NCBI GenBank assembly: GCA_973895155.1
Contig: OZ316891.1
Location: 20,162,169-20,226,168 of the forward strand
Direction of reading: 5' to 3'
From: Marsupella aquatica
Lineage: Eukaryota > Plantae > Marchantiophyta
DNA length: 64,000 nucleotides
The notes under the pieces are model-generated. The model searched no databases, was not told the DNA's origin, and saw only the letters and a list, made by a program, of their open reading frames with translations. Each line of letters begins with the position of its first letter. Within the stretch, counting starts at the first letter, position 1. Position numbers and translations under genes: made by a program. Shown in pieces: positions 26,736 to 40,000 of this stretch.

Positions 26736-29513
26736 ATTTAGGGTACAAACCTGCAGTGCAATAAACCTAAATTAGGTACATCTACATTGCAAAGTGCAAA
26801 AGAATTTGGAGGAGGGAAGCTGAATTGAACAATGCGGTGAGGAGCTTTGACCTGAATTGAACAAGAATGTGGTTATGGGATTCCCCTCAAAGCTCAAGAT
26901 TCATAAGATGGGAAGTGATCATGAAGGACGGTGCGAGGGCAGGAGAGCACTATTCACAATTGGGAGAAGAGAGAGTGAGCTGGACGAGAGGGAGTGAGAA
27001 TGCATGGGAAGGAGTGGATCAAAGGGGAAGGGTGTAGGGTTTGTGCAGGGCAGGGGAGGAGGCAGCTTGGGAGCTAAGGGGGAAATTCCATAGATAGTAG
27101 ATTCTACCGGGTATAAGTATTCAGATTTTGTCTTACTTAGATTTTTGGTGCCATTTATTTTATTTCAATGTGCCTTGTCTAGGGGCATCATTTGTATTAT
27201 TTGGATTTTTAATTAATTTTTGGACCCCTATAAATTTGGGTATCCTATAATATGCTGAACTTCTAACCGTTGTTATCATTTTAGATTTCAAGTGCGTGCA
27301 TCCAATTGCTTTTAGATCTACCTTTTGAACAAAGTTTCAAGTCTTTTTATGAGTGAGAGAAATGATTTTAAACAACCTGAACAGATGTGTCTTAAGTTCC
27401 TCATGGTTTTTTTGTACACTAAGTGTATGGTTTTCATTGAATGAGTGTCATGAATAAGGCACATTGAATTAATTAGTGCACAGATCGTGGTACCATTGTG
27501 CCATAGAACTCTTACTTGCTCTTCTTACCATGTGCTCTACTTATACTATTTTATCCCACTCACTCTTAATATGTACTATAGTTCTAATATCTCCTATTTT
27601 ATCCTACTTACATATCAATAAAGACAAAATAATCATGAGCATGCTATATATAACAAATCGAATAGAATAGGCTAGTTCTGAGGCCTCTACATACAGCCCT
27701 CCCCCCCCCCCCCCCCCCCAATAAAAGGGGACATGGTCCCTAAGACAAAAGAACCGAATAAAAGAGGGGGAATGGAAAAGACCCCAAGAAGAGCAAAGAG
27801 TCCAAACAAGTCAAGGTGTTCCCCTCACCACCATACGGGTCACTTGTCTCTTTTCTCTTTTTATAGGTGCACTTGTGGTTTAGCCCGGTCAATAAAAACT
27901 CCTTTTTGCCTCGACGTTGCTGTTGCCCGAGCCACCGACGAGAAGCACTGGAATTGAATCGGATGGATGGGTGAGGAATTGGGGATGCAAAGAATCCTGC
28001 CTTGGCTTGGAGATGGCCAGAGCAGCAGCCGAGCCAGCAGCAGGAGTAGTACTAGTAGTGGGACCGTCGGCTACAGTAGCAGTGTGTCTTGTAAATGCTG
28101 CTGCGACATTAATGTCGTTGTTGTTGTTGTTCTTATTGTAATTTTGATGACCGGCATCTAGAAACTGGTCGTTCTCATCATCTTGCTGCAGTTTCTGGTT
28201 TTCCTGCTCCATCGCTCCTCCTCCTCCTCCTACATTTCTTTACAAATCGGTCAATTAATGGGGAGCATCTCTGGTTCTTCATCAGCGAAGTGAATTTTTT
28301 CCTCTACGACATGTACAAGGGGAAGACTAGAATGGCCGGCGAGGTGATCGGGAAGAGTTCAGTGTCTACGATTGGAGCTCCGAAAGCGGCATTTCAGGTG
28401 GCTCTTCTAAACTGTCAGGCCTTTCTACTTCTGGAATTTTTGCTGTGCCTCTCAAGCTCTGCATTCGATGTTAACTGTTGATCAGAGAACGATTAAATTT
28501 TGTCGGCGCAGTAGCCTGGTCCGCTCTCTCCTTGTCTCACTTATTCTTTGGGAGTGCTAGTTTGTTTTGTTCAATTCGGTTGCAACCTGGTTTGCCAAAG
28601 CTATACGCGTCAATTTCGGCCCGACTAAAAGTCTGTCTCATCCAGTTTGTTCGCTAGTGGACTGAAGCGTTTTCTGAAGCTCCGCAAATAGATCTAACAC
28701 TCTGTCTCGTTGACGTTTGCAAGTAGGTTTAAGCATTTTGTCAAAGGTCCTGGAATTGAAGCTGCGTCTGCCATCTCAGCATCTTTGCAGACGGCTTGTC
28801 ACTGCATCCAATGTTTATGTTGTAGGTAGCCCTCATTTTCTTCCCATTGATTCTACCTCTTTCAATTTCTGTCAATTTCTATCTTGAACATTTGATTTCC
28901 AGCCAGCGGATTAGCTAGTGTGTGGTTTACAGAAAGATGAGTTTTCTTGTCTCACTGCAGTAAGCGTGTTCTGTTGGCTGATTGCATAGTGTAACATCAA
29001 TTTGCGGTTCCTGATGTAGCTCGGGTAGAAAGTTGTTGGTTGGTTGGTTGAATGATTGATGGATTGATTGCTTGTTTGATTGATGGAATGTGACTGATTG
29101 ATTGCAAAATTTCCGCTGTAATCAAATGCAGTAAGCATGTTTTAAAGGAAACCGATTTTCAAAACTGTTTAGGTTGTAGCCTCGAGGCAGCAGCTGGTAT
29201 AAAGGATTGACTGTTGGTTGGTTGATTTATGCGATTGATTGTGCCTGGTTCCTCTGACAGATGGTGGTTGTTGTGACACGCGCTCATGTTCTAAGTTTTC
29301 GTTGTTGTCTTGGAGGCACTCCCAATTACCCGAAACTTCTTCCCACGCTACTTAGCCTTGAGAACTGTATGGTTGAGGACCCTGGAAAGCCCTCTGTTTG
29401 TTCCGTTCAGAGTTCTGGAAGCAGTGCTTTGAAGCTGTTTCCATCGTGACTGGTGGTGGTGGAAAGAAAGGGCTGACTTCCAATCTGCTTCCTGATTGGG
29501 CACCTGTCCAGTC

Positions 29514-29711
29514 ATGGATCACGGGGGTGCTCCTCCACCGCCAGAACCTGTCTCTTATCTTTGCGGAGACTGTGGAGCGGACAACACCCTGAAGCCGAGC
29601 GATGTTCTACAATGCCGAGAATGTGGTTATCGAATTCTGAACAAGAAGCGAACCCGGCGCGTCGTGCAATTTGAGGCAAGAGAAAACAGATCTTTGTCGG
29701 ACATTGACTGA
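29514..29711 (+). CDS. NRPB12: RNA polymerase common subunit RPB12/NRPB12 (RPABC4) homolog, intronless, C-terminally extended
   Basis: MDHGGAPPPPEPVSYLCGDCGADNTLKPSDVLQCRECGYRILNKKRTRRVVQFEAR matches the RPB12 zinc ribbon (CxxC...CxxCGYRIL). ATG at 29514. Confidence 0.9.
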   Translation: MDHGGAPPPPEPVSYLCGDCGADNTLKPSDVLQCRECGYRILNKKRTRRVVQFEARENRSLSDID

Positions 29712-32700
29712 ATTACGATGTAGGAAGAGCATATTTCGAGCGAATTCTTTATTTTGGTCGCAACCGTCGGGAGAGTGACAGCAAACCCCTAACTGCTGGA
29801 CAGGAAATTGGGAGGGTGAGAAATTAGGGTTTTAGCAGTAGTCTTTTGAGAACTGAGAGTTCTGAAGAATTCAGTTGGACGTAAATCCCATGAGGGAGAG
29901 ACGTTTAGAGGCTTTCTGCCCGGTCAGCCGTGGAGCCAGCGAGGATTCTAATGACGGACTACAATACTGTAGGATTCCCCATGCTTTCTTGCCTTGGCAT
30001 TGGTGCTTTCATGATAGGAAGAGGGGCTCTCATCCTCTGAATGCTTAGCTATTTCGATCTAGATAACACGGGCAATACTTTTCTGTTCGTGATCTTATTT
30101 ATGATTTGGTTCTATTCTATACTATCGATTCCAGACATATTGCCTCCGTATATCAACCTCTTGTTGGTTTTCTGGATTTGGGTTGTTTTCCATAGAGACA
30201 ACTTTGGATTGGTGTGTGATGGTCTGATTTGGATGGGTTTGACTCTGACTGTAGGAGATGCTGGAAGTCGAGGTTGAGTTAAGATTGCTGGAGGCTTTGG
30301 AAATTTACCATCCAGCCAAATTACAGGGTGATGATTCTTGCAGTAACTATCGTTTTCCATACCTTTCGTCGGACACGATCTTTAGCTAGTTCTCGTTGCC
30401 TTTGGTCAATATCTTGAGGTCCTTTTGGAATACTTAAAAGAGTATGGAATGCTTTCGCAGGCATCCATCGACATTTCATTCTTTATGGTTTGATGGAATA
30501 TTTGGAAAGACGGTAAGAGTAGTCATTCTTCACTCAGATTCTACTATTTTTCCTATTCTCCTATTCTCCTCTCCTTCATGACTGGAATATCCTTGCTTCG
30601 GAATATCAGCAGAGAATGGTGAGGAATGTTGTATATTTCCGAAACTAATATAATTGTCTCCTGACGATATTCCAAACTTCGGATTTCGGCATTCTTTGCT
30701 TGATGTTTCACCTGATCAAAGTGATTCCATTAGTATTAGTATAGAATTTTAGCAATTCGCCGTTTGTAGCTTTGTAGCTGACCAGTCACTACCCGAACGT
30801 TTCTATGAAATAAAATTAAAGTGATCTAGAGCTCCATCTTGTGACATATTTTAGTGCTGTCTTACAATTCGTGCAGCAAATTTGCTTATATAATTAGTAG
30901 TTTAATACCTGATGCAGGTTTCTGTTTCTTGTCTTCTGGCCACTTCATGGCATTGACTTTGTATGTGGAAAGTTTTTGATCCCGTCCTTGCCCTATGACT
31001 GCAGACTCAACCATCACTTTTCATCTGATGAGATTCTCGAACTTCTTGACCGCTTCTATAATCTGGACCTTCTGGTAGTTTCCCTTCCTATTTCTGCTTT
31101 TCATTGTTTTGAGCCTTTAGTCGATTCGCCTCACTCTCACGTCACATATGAACAAGATACTACTATGGTAGTTGAGTTAATGTTTCAGTCCCATCCGAAC
31201 CAGCATCTGTAAGACACGATGCAAGTATAAATCTAGAAGCTTTTGAATTTCTGTGTTAAAACTCCATAGCATGTCGAGTGTCCTTTGCAGAAACCAGATG
31301 AAGAAGAATCTGAACTTTTAAGCCAGGAAGAGGATTTCTCGTTGCCTGCATCCATACTTTCAGTCAAGGAGGAGTTGAGAGAGAACTCCTGAGTACATCC
31401 GGAGCTTTGGCTTCTTCTACAAACATGATGATTGCATTTGGGTAAGCTCTTTCTGCTGCACAAGAGCCGGTTATCTTTTTCCTATTGAAATGTTGTTTCC
31501 ATGCTTATTTGTGTCACATGTGTGCACAAATAGGTTTAATAAGATGAGCTTTTTCTTTTGGCGGTACAGAGATATATTGTGGGAAGCCTACAGCTGCCTT
31601 GCCAAGCAGAAAGTTTTCCCCCGGCTAACAACAGCCATGCAATCAGCAGCACCGCAGGACATAACCATTTGGACTAGTAGCATGAAACAGAGTTGGCTGT
31701 TGTCTTAATTTTATCTGGAAGACGACCAGGAGATCCACCTAGTGGGTTCAAAATGTGGCCCTGCGAAGGACACTCTTCTGCCCTTTTGGAGGCACTTGAC
31801 TACTACATTTTGGCCTAGGACAGGCTGTTGTGGCTAGATTTTATCAAGACTGCTGCCAGATCCAGATGGTGGCTATGTACAGGAAAGATGACTTGTGAAT
31901 CGGTGGCTTGGACTATGTTGGCCTTGACCTTCTTATAAAGAATAGATGTGCTACAACGGTGGGGAGGCGAGCTTGGATTGATGAGGTATCTGTACGAGGG
32001 TAATACTAGACAATGATATAGTGGATCCCAGGGACTTGGAAGAGATTGCGAGTCTTTCATGTATTATCAATCGTCCATTCTGGTACGTGGGCATCTCAAG
32101 CATAGGATATGAATTCAGTTTGGTTACCATTAACCCTAAATAGGAGCACCGTCTTTCCATTGAAGCGTGTTTCCTATTTATGCAACGTTCTCAAGGCCTG
32201 TCAGGGATGGCAGTGCAGAACGATTTGGTTATACCGATATGGATTTGCACACATGATTCGTTTGTCTGCATCCAGCCTTGGATGGACAAGTGAGGATAGC
32301 TTTATGGATACAAGGATGGTGCCCCTGTGCTGAAAAATACCTTTTGAGAAATGGGTTTTCACCAGTGAACTAAACCAAGATGATAAGGACATGGAAACTC
32401 AAGCACTATGTCCAGCGGAAGGAAAGGTTGGGATTACCCCAAAAACATACAACACAAAGTACCATTGAATCTGTTTCATGGGTTGGCTTGCAACGCTCCA
32501 GGATTCTGAGCCAAATTAGGTGCAAAATTAGAGGAAACTGTATAGATTGCTGTTGTGCCAGTTAGGCACATGCTCTCAAGTCAAGTGAACGAGTGTTAGA
32601 AGTTGCAGTACCGTAGTTCCATCCCATATGAACTGAGTGAAATAATAATCATTCTTTTAGTCAGGTCTCAAGTTTTCATAATTGTTTATTTTTGAGAGAG

Positions 32701-34083
32701 TCGGGATGGCGACAACTACTATTTGTTATTCTCCTAGGTTATCGATCACAAAAAGCTGAGGCTTAATGATGGATGTGGTATTTTTGGGCAACAAACAGTG
32801 TAGAACTCAGCAAAGTGAACATCTGGGTCATTAACCCCGTCACTTATGATTACTCCTAATCACTTCCAAAAAATTGAGCAAAATTTTTACTGTTTGTATG
32901 TTAAAGTTTGAATAGGCCTCTACAGTAGTGATACTGAGGAATTTACTTGATGGACTCCACCCTGCAACTCCTGCCTTGGTAGACCCTACAATTTAGAAAA
33001 ACCCCCAATGTACCCCATGGGACACTACTGAACAAAATCTTCTTTTATTGTGAGTAACCAGTAGCCTCACCAAGGCACTGTGGTTCACAGTGTAGTATCA
33101 CCAAGCATAGTCGCCCATGCTCATAACCCAGTGCGCTCAAGATATATCCTGTGAGTCTTCAATTTAAAATCTGAATTTGGAAATCTGCCCACCTGAAACT
33201 ACTCTCTGTTTCTGCGGCTCATACACCTGTTTGGACATAGAAACTCACTCCATGAGTCACTCAAAACTCATTGACGTTGTCCATTCTTGTTTGTTCTCAC
33301 GCTCTGGCCCAGTGGCATCACAAAATTGAATGAAATCAAACATGTATCAGCATTGATACACGCGTTAAAGCATGCATATTAAGGAAAATGTTCACTAACT
33401 AATTCTGGTCCAACAACAGTTTTTATCTCATAATGAAAATTCCCTATATAAAGACCAATGAACCCAAAATAGGGTTAAGTTAGTAGAGTAGGGCTCTCAG
33501 CCAGAAGAATCTGGGGGAGACCTAAATTAGGGAATATTCTCTCTTTTGTAACGTAAGCACCGTGTTTTACTTTCTACACCTTACACTACTTTGGTCAAAA
33601 TTGTATGACAATATGTATTTTGGATTGCACATGCATGGTGCCTGTGGTTTTTTGCAGTTGACTATGCAAAGACATTCTAAGCCATTGCTTTCACCAACAA
33701 CTTTCCAGGGTCCCACCTAGGTGAGAACATGATGTGGGTCAAATTATTCAGCTTTAAGATACACTATGAATTTCAGCCAGCAGTGAGCAGTAACACCCAT
33801 GATAGGAGTCAAGGGGATATTCTGGTGCATAGTTAGGGAGAACTGGCTGTCCATGAAAATTTTACTATGCACCAAATTCATTATCACAAGCTAGTGAGAG
33901 AAGAATCAATGATTGTCAATAAGGCATCTTCACCGTTCTCTAGATCACTGATGAGAGCAACTTGATCAAAAAGGTTATATATTGCTTTTGAGTTATATGT
34001 AAAAAGGCTGCCACATCAGTGAATTGTAGGATAACCCCTTAATTGAACCCCTGATTCGGTGTGCTTGATCTCTATTGAATAAA

Positions 34084-37000
34084 ATGGATCTGTTGAAGAT
34101 TTTGAGCATCATCACTTTTATGTCAGTAATGATACTGGTCAATGTGATAGGGAAGGAAATTGGCTTAGCGGCTCATTGTCATGGCTACCATGGAGATCAA
34201 ATGGGATATGAAGATTGGAGTAATATTCTTTCAATTGATTGGAATTTTGAAAATGAGCTTGAATCTGAGTTTCAAAAGAGCTCAAACATTTTGGCTGACA
34301 GACATCTTCCCGAGATATTTAATTCCGACGTGAGATTGTGTGAGCATTGCTGTTATGGACCTTCATCAGTTTCAAGTGGCCAGTGCACACACTGTAAGAA
34401 AATAGGTAAAGAGTTGCAAAGGGGTGGAAGGAGGGAGTCACATTTATGGAAGGAAAAAAGCCAGAGAGGCTCTAGTAATTGGCCATCCAAAAAAATTAGC
34501 ACTTTTGTTGTTGCGCCCAATAACCCCAACAATTGGTCACCAAACAAGACGGGCAGAAGTTACAAATTTGAGGCTACAAAACAGAGGACGTATTTAAGTC
34601 CAAATGTATATGTTGGAAATCTGCTTGCAAACAATCAACGCCTAAGAAATAGAGCAAGAGATATGATACTTGAGAAGGAAATGGAACAAATAGAGAAGAA
34701 ACTGTCCCCGTTAGATAAATGGCATTTCATGGTGGGTTACACTGGTTTAGCAGCTTTGAGAGAAGCTGAAAAACTGATTAAGAACCCTGTTCAACACATA
34801 TCAACAAAGGAAACTGTGAAATATTTCTTAGCTTTTATCCCAAAGCACTTGGCACAACAAATGAGGACCAACCCAAAGTTTCCTGTTGTAAAACCATTAG
34901 TTAAGCACTTGAAGATTGAAGGTCTGAATTTGGGAAAGAGAATAAGGAATGTAATTAGAAGGCACGAGAAGTCTTCCCTACAAAGAAATATTGCACTGAA
35001 GGCTAATCTTGCCAAGGACGAATTGACTGTCCAACAAGCAATGGACCTTTCCAGAAGATGGGAGTTTACTTTCAAGACCCAGAATTGGCACATGCACAGG
35101 GGAGAAAAATGTGCAAAGGGCATAAATACAAATTGTGAATTAAATGTTTTAGATTCCACCATTGCTCGTTTTCAACAACACTCCACAAGAATAAAATGTG
35201 CGGCTTCAGATGCAACTACTATTATATGCCATTTCATTCACAACCAAATACTCCAACACATAGCAGAGTTTATGGCAAGCGAAGCTCTTGTGCAGCTTGT
35301 GGAACTAAAACCAAGCTACAAAACCTTCAATTTCTGGTCAAAGCCTCTTTTGCAAGTACTGCGTAACATACAATTTATCACTTCAACTTTCTTGTCTGAT
35401 TTTGAAAGTAACACAAGAAATGGAACCTCTATTCTTATTAAACAGATAGATTGAACTTGTCTGTCTCCATGGACTGTCAGTGCAGCTTTCACAAACTTTT
35501 GAAGCACTAAAGTTTCCATTTTCACTACTAAGAGCTCTTACCTCTGAAAACACAAGTTGCAAGTGTCTCATGCATGCAACCTAGAATCAACAATGACCTG
35601 GGAAACAAATAATGCCTCAGCAAGGGTGCATAGCTTACACCAGTGCTGTGGCTATCCCAATGCAGACCGTCTCTAGAGGTCGCACACCAATCTATGAAGC
35701 TGGTATCCGTGGAGAAGGTGAGATCATTGCGCATGCCGATACTGGTATTGATATGAAAGTAAGGCTATCACAGAACTTTTCATACCAATGGACACCCATT
35801 CATTTATAATTAGATATTGTATAGAATGATTTTACTGGACAGTGCATAGTAAGGAGGGCAGATATTTCAATGTCCTTATTCTTCTTGCTTTGGAGAAACC
35901 TCTAGCAGTCATCAAATTCAGCTTCAAATATTGGTGAAAATTTTACTTAAACTACATGAATGGATAAACATTAAGTGATCTGTCCAAAGAGCCCTAGTTG
36001 TCACTCCAATGTGAAGGTTAGAGAAATGGAGAACTTCCATCTCTACAAACAAACTCTTCCATTAGTCAGATCTCTTAAACTTATTTTCTGGGCATGGTCT
36101 AAAGTATCCATATATTACCCACATGTGAACAGCACTGCTTCTTTTTTGACAAGGATAGACCTATTCCATTTAATTATATTGATTACGATGCCCGGAAGGT
36201 CATTCAATATAAGGCCTTGGTCGGAGGCGATTTCTTTGATATGCCTATGGGGCATGGCACACATGTAGCAGGAAGCCTTGCAGGTGATACAGAAGTTGGT
36301 GGAGACAGTTTCTCTGGTATGGCACCAGCTGCAAAGATAGGTAAGTAAAAGATCTCAACATTTTTTCCCACTGTTCTCCTTGGTCTGTGAAAATAGAATG
36401 AAATATACTTATTTTGAATGGCATGTGGTGCCAGTACCTTTTGTAGTTGAACTCCCAAGTCCTAGCTCACATTGCAACATATCTATTTATTGAGAAATTC
36501 TAAAGACTTGATTTCCAAAAGCTGCAGCTAGAGTCAAACTTGTCAGGAGCCTAAGTACTAGGAGGAATTAAATTGTTCCCTCACTCTCCACATACATGTT
36601 CATTCAGTAATTCTCCTCTATAAAGTCCCAGATACACTTTCACTTGCTCACCTCAAAAAAAGTTTGGCTGTATGTTTCCAGCTTTCTTTGATATGGGAAG
36701 TGGATCTCATGAGCTAATTAATGCGCCCAATAATCTAGCAAAGGGTCTTTTTGCATATGGATATCTAGCAGGGGCCAGAATTTTTAGTAACTCTTGGGGT
36801 AATGTTAATCTTAACCTTACACCTTATTCCTACATTTTGTCAACTTTGTCAATAACTATCTCAGTTAGTTTGTTACAATTCCTCTGAAAGCTAAATTGTT
36901 TCAAATAGGTTAAGTGGCTTGGATTCAAATATCCTTTCTCTTTGCATGACGAACCAGTTTGTGACAAATGAAATCCAGTGGTAATGGTAAGTGCATAGAC

Positions 37001-40000
37001 ACAGCCCCTCCTATTTTCACTCTGTCCAATTACTCAGTCGTTAATCTATGGCTCTGCCTGTCATCTTGACAGGAGATATGCTACATGGCTATGGATCTGG
37101 ACCTCATGATGTAGATTTATTCTCTTATGAGTAAGGTGTTCATTTGCAAATTCCCTGATCCTTATATCACTAGTGATATCTAAACTTCTGCTAAAAATTC
37201 ATCAAATGAAGCCAGAAAATATTTTAATAGTTTAAGGCAAGGGTTGATCAGTCAGACCTGGTTACATAATTAGGTACACCAGACTACCAAATAGGCATTG
37301 AGTTTGGGAGGAGACAGGGCAACATTATCAAGATTCAAATACACTTGTTCATAATTAAATATATACAGCAGCCCTTTCAGTGTTACATTAACTAAACTTA
37401 AAACTCAGCTTGACAAACTTTTAAACCCATTGACTTGCAAACCTTATTTTCAAAGAAATAGACATCTATTTAAACTCAAAGAGTAATTTCATTTGTAGAA
37501 AAGTCCACACTTTGGAGCCTCAAGGCTGCTAAGTTCACCTGAGTTGCATGGTTGAATGTTGTGGTCGGCCTGAGCATCAACTTCACCCATATGAAGTAAA
37601 CTATTTACTTCAGTGACAGCTTGAGAATTGATGGACTGCGTGTGTAAACTCTTTTCTAAATACCATATTGAGATTTTGTCTTTTAAAATAGTAAGAACCA
37701 TAATGTAAACACGGGATTATTGGTGAGAGTGTAGATTCTTAGTAATATTGTTGCACATGTGATAACATGATGAAAATTTTATTCATAGGTTGATCTTACA
37801 TTCCCTAGAATTTTAATACCTTGCAGACATGAAGACGTACTTATTTTGTTTGCTGCTGGCAACTCTGGCGATAGAGGTGCAAGCACCATCGCAAGTCCCG
37901 CTACCTCAAAAAATTGCCTTGCTGTATGTTGAGTATGTTGTCTATCCAACACTATTGCCTTACACAAAAATTAGAACCACTAGTGTTTTCTACAGACATA
38001 ATGGCAAATATCATTCTATAAATGGTAAGCAAATGTTGAGAGCTGTACGTGTCGTGGGCTCTTTGGGACAAGGCACATCATAACTAGATAGATTATCATT
38101 GGATGCAAGGAATAGTTTCCAGTTGATCTTTTTGCATATGAAAAATTGCTGCATTCATTTCATATATCACACTGCCCAGAAACAAACAGTGCCAAACTAG
38201 GAGACATGATCCCAAGGCAGGAGACCCAATAAAGGGGCTAACACAAGAGGAAACCCCAAGGATTGATTTTCTAACAAAAGTGACCACCATTGTGAGTAAA
38301 GTTTTAATGTAGAAGACACTAAATTGTCATTCATCTCTTGAAACTTCTCACATCACAACATACCTATTGCAGGTAGGAGCATCATTGAATGCAATGGACA
38401 GTTTCCAGTCCACCTTGCCATCTGAAGAGCTGCTGCCTTTTGAGTTTCTAACAACTGTTGCACCATTCTCAAGTGTTGGTCCAACCACAGATGGGCGGAC
38501 AAAGCCAGATATTCTAGCTCCGTGAGCAATTAATCAACCATACAAATCTGCCTGCAATTGGTTCTATTCAACAAACACACTAATCAATTATCAACCATTG
38601 ATTGATCCAAATGTTTCTACAGCCCATTTAAGATCTTTTTCAGCTCTATATTATCTCACAATAGAATCATTACTCCCCACCATATAAGCTTTTTCAATTC
38701 ATCGCTTGGCATGCTGTCATGTCTATGGCGGTTACATAAACCAAGGCTTTACATAAAGTTGTAGACTGCTAGTGGCTAAAATTTGGAACCCATGTATGCT
38801 CAAGAGTAAATTATGTGTGTATCTTGTTTATTAGTGGCATGGAGATTTGGTCATCCGCTTCACAAGGTGCAAGTCAAGTTGGAAGTTGCCAAGTATTACC
38901 AAATCAAGTAACTAAGCTTCTGCTATCAAGAACCATTAGACAGAGCTTTTGAAAAGTTATTGTATTGTGAGTGAAGCAACCAGCTTGACGTACATCCTCC
39001 TGGGATTAGACTTGCAGTCAGCACAAAGGGATGAAAAGGGGAAAAATACTGGTTGATTTCTCCCCTATTCCCTGCAATGAGTATATATATGTTCATATAA
39101 ATAATTAAAGCAGTTAGTTGTAATTTATTTGTCTGAAAGTCATATGAAACCATCGGCAAGGAATATAAGTTTTCCATGGGACCCAGATGGGAAAGTACGT
39201 CTCCATACTGTAAGCTAAACCCCATGAGCAGACATCAAACCCTTAAAGCCAAAAAGTAATTCCCTGAAAAATCTCATTCAAAATGAAGTATGCTCTTTCT
39301 CTCTATTTGATGTTTGTTTTTTGGTCAAGATTTCTGGTTTGTCTTGAGTCTTGAGTTTGTATTCTCTTTAATCACTCTGTGTTACACCCCATTTCCGTCA
39401 TATCATGTGATATTGTGTTCAATTCTAACATCAGAGTTTACTGTTGTAGGGTACGTCTTGTGCAACGCCTCTTATAGCTGGTGCAGCAGCACTCGTGAGG
39501 CAATATTTTAGAGAAGGATACTATCCTCTAGGTACTTGCTTTCTCTATCCCTCAATCCATGACATATTGGCAAGGTGTTATGTTATCATGTGCATGGAAA
39601 ATTGCAGTAGTCACACTCAAGGGTGTTTCATGGTCCTAACAAGTCACTGCTAAATTTACCTGGCCATCAAATGGAGTGCTCATGTATGCTCCAAAAATTA
39701 ATGTTCAAAGGTCTGCTATGACGTACTGTATAAAGGTTCCAAGTCTTCCAACAATTCATTTACTCCAACTGGAGCTTTATTGAAGGCAATATTGATTCAC
39801 AGGTACTGGAGAATACAAATTCACTCTTGGACCTTCTTCAAGAGTATTGTTTCTTTAGTGGAATATGTTGAAGATTTTTGTTGAAATTGTATTTTGCTAC
39901 CTCTGTTCATGATATATGACAAGAACACCCATAGAATCCAAAATTATGGGCCTCATGGAAATATCAATGAATGGTTGTATACTTACTAAAATTCCATTCA

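Noticed and set aside
31450-32570. Trp-rich fragments suggestive of a decayed LINE 3' region
   Set aside because: Too degenerate; no diagnostic motif could be reconstructed.
35452-35454. TGA ending the 459-aa ORF as a selenocysteine or pseudogene stop
   Set aside because: It lies inside the predicted intron 35356-35620; splicing keeps the subtilase frame open.
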